From an uncultured cyanobacterium (GTDB taxonomy: Bacteria > Cyanobacteriota > Cyanobacteriia > Cyanobacteriales > Microcystaceae): a stretch of 64,000 bases of DNA. The DNA lies in assembly GCA_963807635.1 (NCBI GenBank), contig CAWEDJ010000042.1:1-64000 (forward strand). Direction: 5' to 3'. Below the pieces are notes generated by a model that saw nothing but the letters and a program-made list of their open reading frames with translations, searched no databases and had not been told where the DNA came from. Shown piece after piece: positions 55,733-64,000 of this stretch (positions are counted from its first letter, which is position 1; each line of letters opens with the position of its first letter). The translations under genes were made by a program, and so were the position numbers.

Positions 55733-58383
55733 ATGACTACTTCTTCCGATTCTCCCTCCACCGAACTGGGAACCCACAAGGCTCCCCATAAAGATTATCG
55801 TCATTTAGATCGGGAAAAATTGACCCCGATGTTTCAGCATTATACTGAAGTTAAAGAGCAAAATCCTGGGGCATTATTACTGTACCGAGTGGGAGATTTT
55901 TTTGAATGTTTCTTTCAAGATTCGGTGATTATTTCGCGGGAATTAGAGTTAATTTTAACCAGTAAAGAAGGGGGGAAGGAAATTGGACGAGTCGCAATGA
56001 CGGGCGTTCCCCACCATGCCCTAGAGAGATATGCTCGCGTTTTAGTCGAAAAAGGCTATTCCGTTGCCATTTGTGATCAAGTGGAAGATGCCGCCGATGC
56101 CGCCGCCGAAAAACGTATGGTAGAGCGACAGGTGACAAAGTTACTCACGCCTGGAACGTTAACTGATGACAGTATGCTCAACGCTCGACGCAATAACTTT
56201 TTAGCGGCTGTTGTCATCACCTCAGAACATTGGGGATTGCCCATGCGGATATTTCGACAGGGGAATTTTTTACGACGCAATCAACGGATCTCAAGGCATT
56301 AAATTTAGAATTATTGCGGTTACAACCCTCCGAAGTTCTGATTCCCACCAACGCGCCTGATCTCAATAATATTTTACGCCCAGGGGAAAAATCCGACCAA
56401 TTACCCGATTGTTTGCCTAATACTTTCTGCTATTCCCTGCGATCGCAGATGCCCTTTGGTTTAATCGAAGCCAAACAAAGATTATTAGAAACGTTTCGGA
56501 TGCGTTCCCTAGAGGGCATGGGGTGTGAAGGTTTACCCCTGGCGATTCGGGCGGCGGGGGGATTATTGGAATATATCGAAGATACCCAAAAGGCGAACTT
56601 AGTCCCCATTCAACCCTTAAAAAGTTATAGTTTGGCAGATTTTTTAATATTAGACCACCAGACTCGCCGCAATTTAGAAATTAATCAAACCGTTCGGGAC
56701 GGTAGTTTTCACGGTTCATTACTCTGGGCCTTGGACAGAACTTGTACCGCAATGGGGGGGAGAGCCTTACGCCGATGGTTATTGCAACCGTTGTTAGAAC
56801 CCAAAGGCATTAAGGCAAGACAACGAAGTATTCAAGAATTAATGGATAATCCGCCATTAAGACAGGATTTACGGCAATTATTACGCAATATTTATGATTT
56901 AGAACGCTTAACGGGCAGAATTGGGGCGGGGAGTGCCAATGCTAGAGATGTGTTAGCTCTAGCCGAATCCTTAGTGAGATTAACGGATTTAGCCACCTTG
57001 ACCAGTGGGGGAACTTCGCCCTACCTCAAAGCCTTGCAAAATGTTCCTCCCGAATTGGAGCAATTAGGCCGTTATGTAATCGCCCATTTAGTCGAACAAC
57101 CTCCCCTACATCTCAAGGAAGGAGGCGTGATTCGAGACGGTATTAATGCGGATTTGGATGAAATGCGTCGGGGCTTGGAAGAAGATAAGCAATGGCTGGC
57201 AAATTTGGAAGTAACCGAACGACAACGAACGGGAATTACCAATCTCAAGGTGGGCTATAACAAATCCTTTGGCTACTATTTGACGCTACCCAGAAGTAAA
57301 GCGGAACAGGCTCCAGAAAATTATTTACGCAAACAAACCTTGGTGAATGAAGAACGGTATATTACCCCAGAACTCAAGGAACGAGAAACCCGCATTCTGA
57401 CCGCACAGGATGACCTGAATACCTTAGAATACGAGATTTTTAGTGAAATTCGTGGCAAGGTTGCTGAGAAAGCCCAGATGATTCGGGATATTGCCAAAGC
57501 GGTGGCCGCGATCGATGTGTTATCTGCCCTGGCAGAAGTGGCAGTTTATCAGGGGTATTGTTGTCCTGAAATGGTCGAAGGTCGAATATTGGAAGTGGTA
57601 GATGGTCGTCATCCTGTGGTGGAGCAATCTCTCGCGGCGGGCTTTTTTGTTCCCGATTCCAGTCAATTAGGGAATTTGAATGATCAAGATGCTCATCCTG
57701 ATTTGATTATTTTAACGGGGCCTAATGCCAGTGGAAAAAGTTGCTATCTCCGTCAAGTGGGTTTAATTCAACTTCTAGCCCAGACAGGGAGTTTCGTTCC
57801 TGCAAAATCCGCTAAGTTGGGAATCTGCGATCGCATTTTTACGCGGGTTGGTGCAGTGGATGATCTGGCCACAGGGCAATCAACCTTTATGGTGGAAATG
57901 AATGAAACGGCAAATATTCTCAATCATGCCACTCCCAGATCCTTGGTTTTATTAGATGAAATTGGCAGGGGAACGGCAACCTTTGATGGTCTTTCTATTG
58001 CGTGGGCAGTAGCGGAATATTTAGCGATGGAAATTCAATCGAGAACAATTTTTGCGACCCATTACCATGAATTAAATGAATTAGCGTCTATTTTAGGAAA
58101 TGTAGCTAACTATCAAGTTACGGTGAAAGAAATGCCTAATGAAATTATCTTTTTGCATCAAGTTCGTCCAGGCGGGGCGGATAAATCCTACGGTATTGAA
58201 GCGGGGCGTTTAGCGGGTTTACCCCAATCGGTCATTCGGCGAGCGAAACAAGTAATGGGACAAATTGAAAAGCATAGTAAGATTGCGATGGGACTCAGGC
58301 AGGGGATTCAAAAAAAGAAGATTGCGACTCCTGATGCTAAATTTTCCCAAGAAGTTGAACAATTGGATATTTTTGGTAATTAA
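55733..58383 (+). CDS. mutS: DNA mismatch repair protein MutS (apparent single-base deletion near 56239)
   Basis: [48 protein letters not shown]. Confidence 0.97.
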
Positions 58384-58551
58384 ATTAATGGGTGTTTTGA
58401 TACCTGATTCCAGAGACAGATCATTCACGCGATCGCATTTTTCAAGTTCAGAAGGGCGATCGCTATTTTGATCCAACTTTAGTAGCCTATTTCAGTATTT
58501 CTATTGTCAATCCAAGCTACGAAGCGGCGATCACACTAAAAAAACAAAATA

Positions 58552-59500
58552 TAGTCATTTTAGATAAGGATGAGACAATAAAAAAATGATGTATACTGGT
58601 TAAAAAACATAAAAGGATTGAAAAATATGCCTTACAGTCTAGACTTAAGAAAAAGAGTGATAGATTTTGTGGAAAAAGGAGGAAGTGCAACCCATGCAGC
58701 AAAAATCTATCAGGTAGGCAGGGCAACAATATATCGGTGGTTGGGAAGAGAAAATCTAGCACCAACAATAGTAGAACATCGTAATCGAAAATTAGATTGG
58801 AAAGCGTTAGAAAAAGATGTAAAAGAAAATCCCAATGACAGATTAGTAACGAGAGCAAAAAAGTTCGGAGTGCATTTAAGTGCAATATCCTATGCATTAA
58901 AAAAGATGGAAATCACCAGAAAAAAAAAGAATTACGTTACCAAGAAAGAAATAGAGAAGAGCGTATCAAGTATTATAGAATGCTGAGAGAACTGATTAAG
59001 ATATACGGAAGTGGAAGTCTAGTATTTATAGATGAATCAGGATTTGAAGAATTTCAAGCTATTTTGTACGCTTGGTCAAAAAAAGGCAAGAAAATCTATG
59101 GAGAAAAGCAAGGAAAGAGAGGAAAGAGAGAAAATTTAGTAGCGGGAAGAAGAAAAGGGAAAAAAGATTTTATTGCACCAATGATATTTGAAGGAAGTTT
59201 AGATGCGTCGGGTTTTGAAGGTTGGTTAAGTCTATTTCTGCTACCTTCACTAGCTATACCATCAATACTAATTATGGATAATGCCCCGATTCATCGAAAG
59301 ACGGTGATCAGACAGTTAGTAGAAGAAGCAGGGCATAACATCATATTTCTTCCCAAATATTCTCCTGATTTAAACGATATTGAACATGATTTTGGTGCGC
59401 TAAAACGAGCGAGGATGTATGCTGACCCTGGCACATCTCTCGACGAAATTATCCGTCAATACTGTACCGCATAGTGTCTCATTCTTATTTAAAATGACTA
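58552..59500 (+). mobile_element. IS630-family element; two ORFs (58627-58986 and through 59474) linked by an A_AAA_AAG -1 frameshift site
   Basis: Inverted ends TAGTCATTTTAGATAAG / CTTATTTAAAATGACTA; TA at 58550-58551 and 59501-59502; FIDESG, MDNA, YSPDLNDIE. Confidence 0.95.
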
Positions 59501-59581
59501 TAAATTTACAAATTAGCCAGTCTACTCTAATAAACTTTCGTATTGAGTATGCCATTCACGTGTAGCTCCACGTAAGCAATA

Positions 59582-60765
59582 AGCTGTTCGTAATCTAAAC
59601 TGCACTAACAGAATTACCTTTATTTTTAAGTTTACGATTCCACTTAATAACTAGCCCTCCTTCATTAAGAAGATTATGTAAAACTATTTCTAATTCTTCG
59701 ACAGACTTAAAAAGTCGATGAGCAAGATACTCTTTTGTAGAGTGCCAGACTAATTCAATTAAATTATAATCTGGACTATATGCTGGTAAATATTCTAAAT
59801 AAATCTTCGGCATTTCTTTTTCTATTTGCTTAATGATTTCTGCTTTTTTATGGAAACTTGCATTGTCTAATATTATTACTATCTTAGGGCCCTTCGCCTC
59901 AAACTCTTCTGCTAGATTTCCATCTTCTACCCATTCCCTCATTGCTTCTGCATAAAAAACTTTCATGACTTCATAGAACGTTTCTGAATTTCCTTTTTTG
60001 ACAAATTCTACAAATCTTTTTTTATCGGAGTATCTTAGAAATCCCATCACATTTACTCGTCCTCTTTTTCGTTCTCCTGCTAATTTTTTTCTTTTCCCCT
60101 TTTGACCCCAACATTTTCTTCTTATCACACGTAAACTGAATCCACTTTCGTCCAAAAACCATATCTGGATTAGCTTTGGGTTCTCTTTTGCGATTTTCAT
60201 ATACCCTTCTAGTTTCTCTTTGAATGCTTCTCTTTTTTCAATATCTTTCTTTGTTTCCAAGCTATATTTTGCCCAGATATACGAATAGTTATTTTTTTTT
60301 AATATATTTCTAATTTGACCACTTGATAGTTTTATTCCTGTCTTTGCTTCTAAATATGTTGACAATCTTGCATTTGTCCATCTCCCAAATTCGTACCCGA
60401 ATTCTTCAGGTTCCTTTTCAATTGTCTCCAACAATAACTTTACATATTCTTCTGTTGCTTTTTGATAATTTCCCTTCATTCTTTCATCTACTAAGCTTTC
60501 TAAATTCTCTGGGTCTCCATGTACGCACCAATAGGCTACTTTTCTCAAGCTACATCCCAGAAAATTAGCAATCTCAGCTTGAGTTTTTCCATCATTTAGT
60601 AATAAAAGCATCAAAATTCTTTCTCGAATATCAGGATGTCCATTCTCTTTTAGAGCTTTTTGTAGTTTTTCCTTTTGGTCTATTTTTAGAAAGTTCTTTG
60701 CTGGCATTGCTTTATTCTCTTCTTTTTACTATTTTTATTATATGCTATTTAGATATGCAACAGCT
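59582..60765 (-). mobile_element. IS630-family element (transposase 59595-60707)
   Basis: Inverted ends AGCTGTTCGTAATCTAAA / TTTAGATATGCAACAGCT; TA at 59580-59581 and 60766-60767; LDESG, LDNASFH, YSPDYNLIE. Confidence 0.95.
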
Positions 60766-61654
60766 TAGCTTGTAAATTCCCTTAAGTTTATCAACGATTC
60801 TAATGGCATTTGAGATAATACTCCATTTTTTTTAGTGTTATCTAATTGTGGGATAGTGACTCCCAGATATGACCTGGATGAACCCAGCCTCCCACGATGG
60901 AGATATGATGATCTTGTGGAATAAAGGTCATGAATAATCTTTGCTGCATATATTCCTAGGTTTTTGTCAACAAAATCTCTGACTCTTTCTGAAATTTTGT
61001 ATTGAGGCTGTTTACATGTCGAGCAAGGAACTGATTCAGGAGCTCCGATCAATGAGGCTACTTCAAGAGCTGAGAGGTACGATACAATGGCTCTCTCTGC
61101 AGAAGTCGTGCCCAATTGTTTCTCTTTAAGAATTTCAATGTGATGTCCGCAGTGAAAATGATGAGCTGCATCGGCTAAGATTAGCGCAGTTTCATTCATG
61201 GAATTGCCAGACAAAACATTCAGTAACTCAGTTCCAGATGAATTTAACATCAAGAGATTGTCCATAAGAGGATATCCTTCTAGCCAATCTTCGTTCAACT
61301 GTAAAGATGACTGATTGAGTTCAGGATACGTCTGATCAAACTCTCCTTTAGTATCGTAATCATTTCCTTGATCAAACTTTGCATTCGTGAGAAATGAGAG
61401 GCAGTCAAGAATAATTCGAAAACGTCTAAAAAACTCAGCTTGAGCATCTAAATCGTCAAAAGCGTGTATACGATTAATTGACAATAATGACCTACCTGGC
61501 TTAGGAATACTAGACTGTAACTCCCAATTTGGGGTACATCTCGCACCGAAGGAAAGTAGTGGATCAACATTAACTGTGGCGCGACATGTAAATAGTTTTG
61601 GTTGCGTGCAGAAAGCTTTTGCACTCTGCACGCAATTCTCTACTCGTGATTCAT

Positions 61655-62929
61655 TGAGGTGGCCCCAATAGGCTGAACAAAAATAGCGGGGAGTGAAGCT
61701 CTGAAGTTAACGGACTCCCTAACTAAAAACGTTCTCTCAAGTCAAATTCAAACTTTGACCGTAGACTTGCTCTGGCGTTTGATATTCTAAGGCTTGATGG
61801 AAACGTTCCTTATTATAGAAATTAAACCATTTCTTTACCTCTTCTGTCAAGTGTTTTCCATCCTCAAAGGAATAAATATAAATTAATTCGTATTTCAGAG
61901 AACGCCACAATCTTTCAATAAAAATATTGTCGTAGCAACGTCCTCTTCCATCCATACTAATTTTGATGTTTTCTTGCTTTAAACATCCTGTAAATTCCTT
62001 TGAAGTAAATTGGCTTCCTTGATCACTATTAAAGATGTCTGGTTTGCCATAAATTAATAATGCTTCCTCCAAAGCTGACTTACAAAAATAAACATCCATC
62101 GTGTTACTCATCCTCCATGATAAGACTTTACGGCTAAACCAATCCATAATGGCGACTAGATAAAAGTGTCCTTTTCCTATTGGCAAATAGGTGATGTCGG
62201 TACACCACACTTGATTGGCTTTTTCAATGCTTAACTCTCGTAATAAGTAAGGATAAATTTGATGCTCAGGGTTTCGTATTGTTGTTCGTTTCTTTGGGTA
62301 AATTGCTTGTATCCCCAATTGATTCATCAATCGTATCACTCTTTTTCGATTTACCTCATAACCCAACGTATTGAGGTATACTGTCATTTTTCTACTCCCA
62401 TAAAATGGTGTTTTCATATATTGCTCATCCAACAGTCTCAATAGCGTTAATTCTTCGGAACTTATTTCCTTCGGCTCGTAATAATAACTCGAACGACTTA
62501 TTCCTAATAATTCACATTGACGTTGGATACACAATTCAGGATGCTTGGGGTCTACCAAGGTTTTTCGGTCGGCAGCCCCAATTGTACCGACCTGTCTACT
62601 AAAAAATCTCGCTCGACTTTTAGCTTTCCTATTTGTCGATATAGTTCATCTATCTGGGTTTCAGCTTTTTCTTTTATTTCTTTTCCTTGTTTTTCTGTCT
62701 CAAAGATTTGACTAGCTTCTTCCAATATTTTTCTTTTCCATCCATTAATCATTGTTGGATGAATTTCATATTGACTGGCTAATTCAGATACCGTTTTTTC
62801 TCCTCGAATTGCTTCTAAGGCGACTTTGGCTTTGAACTGGGCACCGTACTGTTTTTTCTTGTTGCTCATAAATCTCCTGGGTTTCGATTTAGAGCTTACA
62901 CTACTGTCCAGTTTTGGGGGGCCACTTCA
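61655..62929 (-). mobile_element. IS3-family element (orfA 62552-62869, orfB 61737-62558)
   Basis: TGAGGTGGCCCC / GGGGCCACTTCA ends; CAT duplicated; WCTDITY, SDQGSQF, DNIFIERLWRSLKYE. Confidence 0.96.
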
Positions 62930-63215
62930 CATTTCCTTCAATGTCTTCAACTAAAATGTTAGTAGCGATTCCTTTTTTCTTATAAGTAATACCAAAGCGA
63001 GCAGCTTTCCCAAGGTTGATATCTGCCCACCCAAAATAAATTATACATTTTTCACCGTGGCGACTGGGAGAAAACTGCCACGCCAGTTTACCAAACTCTT
63101 TTCGAAGCTCAGCCCACAGCGCTCTAAGTAGCATATTTGTTTCAACCGTTGTCTGAGGCGATACAGGAATAATCATAAGTTATGCAAGCGATGACTATGC
63201 GTTGGGCGTATATTC

Positions 63216-63314
63216 AGCTAACTACTGATTATACGGAAATTTTCCATATATTAGCCCAAATAAGGATCTTGTTAAGAATCTTTCGGTATAACACTCCCAA
63301 ATAGGAGGTTAGAT
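63216..63314 (-). other. Degenerate attC-like recombination site upstream of the HEPN gene
   Basis: Minus strand ATCTAAC...TTATAC...GTATAATCAGTA-GTTAGCT with internal hairpins. Confidence 0.4.
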
Positions 63315-63362
63315 AAAATAGTTACGGGACTTGAAAAAAGCACCCCTTCTAACAAAAATTAA

Positions 63363-64000
63363 CTACCTGTAAATAATTAGTTGATGATTAGGTAAAATGA
63401 AGAGAAAACAAAAAAACAGATTGTCTTAAAAAAAGGAGTAAAAAGGATGAAAGTGACGGTAGAATTCGTGATTCGTAACGAAATGGGAAATATTCTCAGC
63501 CAAAACAGCCCATTTGCAATGGAAATAGGAACCCAAAGCTTACATGACATAGAAGGAGGTGTAGAACAGATGAAACAGAAAGTATTGCCTGAAATAGAGG
63601 CAGCCTTACTGGCGCAGGCACAAAACGAGTTCACGGAAAAAGTAAAAAAAACTAAACTTGTGGTGTAATGGTACGAGAAAAATCTGTATAAAAACATTAC
63701 ACGGTCAGTTTGAGTTTTACTTACAAAAGTATCAAACGAATAAAAAAGAAGTTAACTATTTTCAGTTATCGGAGCAATTGCAGGAAAGATGTGTGAGTCA
63801 GAGATTAGAGGAATTATGCGGTTATTACGCCAATCGGCTCAGTTATGAGAATTTGGCTGGATTAGTGGAGCGAGTAACAGGAGAAAACTTATTGAGTGAC
63901 CAGACCATTTGGGGAATAGTGAAAGGGAAAGCCGAAACCTATAGCCAGCAAATCCGACAAACTGTACAAGAATCATTAGAATCGACCACATCTGAGCAGA
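63363..64000 (+). mobile_element. ISKra4/ISLre2-like element, copy 2, inverted relative to copy 1; runs off the window
   Basis: Same terminus CTACCTGTAAATAATTAGTTGATGATTA; orfA 63447-63668; orfB start near-identical to copy 1. Confidence 0.88.

Larger units (their letters stand above)
59522..63176 (-). pseudogene. HEPN-motif protein (396 aa when restored), interrupted by IS3 and IS630
   Basis: Segments 63176-62930, 61651-60766 and 59579-59522 join in frame (1191 nt); LY..RSSYLHRG, SALE, CSTC. Confidence 0.8.

Noticed and set aside
2787..58383. Pseudogene calls for ppc, ackA, the phosphoketolase-like gene, glgX, LOX, ycf55 and mutS
   Set aside because: Single-base indels at recurrent motifs or homopolymers in otherwise intact genes are better explained as sequencing error.
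1565..63697. Many short antisense or shadow ORFs (e.g. 4255-4479, 26416-26754, 35107-35430, 39996-40370, 58517-58897, 63377-63697)
   Set aside because: They overlap well-supported genes and show no recognisable motifs.
1..64000. High HIP1 density as a novelty in itself
   Set aside because: It is a well-known property of many cyanobacterial genomes; only its placement at module junctions is reported.

Overview
64 kb from a unicellular cyanobacterium (dense HIP1 GCGATCGC sites; Microcystis/Synechocystis-like gene content; the genus cannot be fixed from sequence alone). Core genes include ppc, ackA, clpR-clpP, a phosphoketolase-like enzyme, thiS, glgX, aspS, a phosphohexomutase, glsA, a lipoxygenase, a subtilase, ycf55, furC, tRNA-Gly, rlmN and mutS. 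They are interrupted by accessory patches rich in toxin-antitoxin genes (9.9-14.2, 30.1-34.3 and 38.9-45.1 kb) and by an IS pile-up at 58.5-64 kb. Seven IS copies (two ISKra4/ISLre2-like, three IS630, one IS5, one IS3) and three MITE-like elements are visible. Highlights: (1) a Type ISP-like restriction-modification gene split in two around a VapBC pair, with the variable middle bounded by HIP1 sites and a reversal of G/C skew across it; (2) a 396-aa HEPN-motif gene that reassembles in frame after removing two IS elements and is preceded by an attC-like site; (3) a two-gene module of unknown family flanked by 43-bp HIP1-containing direct repeats; (4) single-base frameshifts in core genes that cluster at CGATCG, GGCC, CCWGG and GGWCC, probably read errors at methylated sites rather than pseudogenes. 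No CRISPR array or rRNA was seen. All family assignments come from motif recognition, not database searches.
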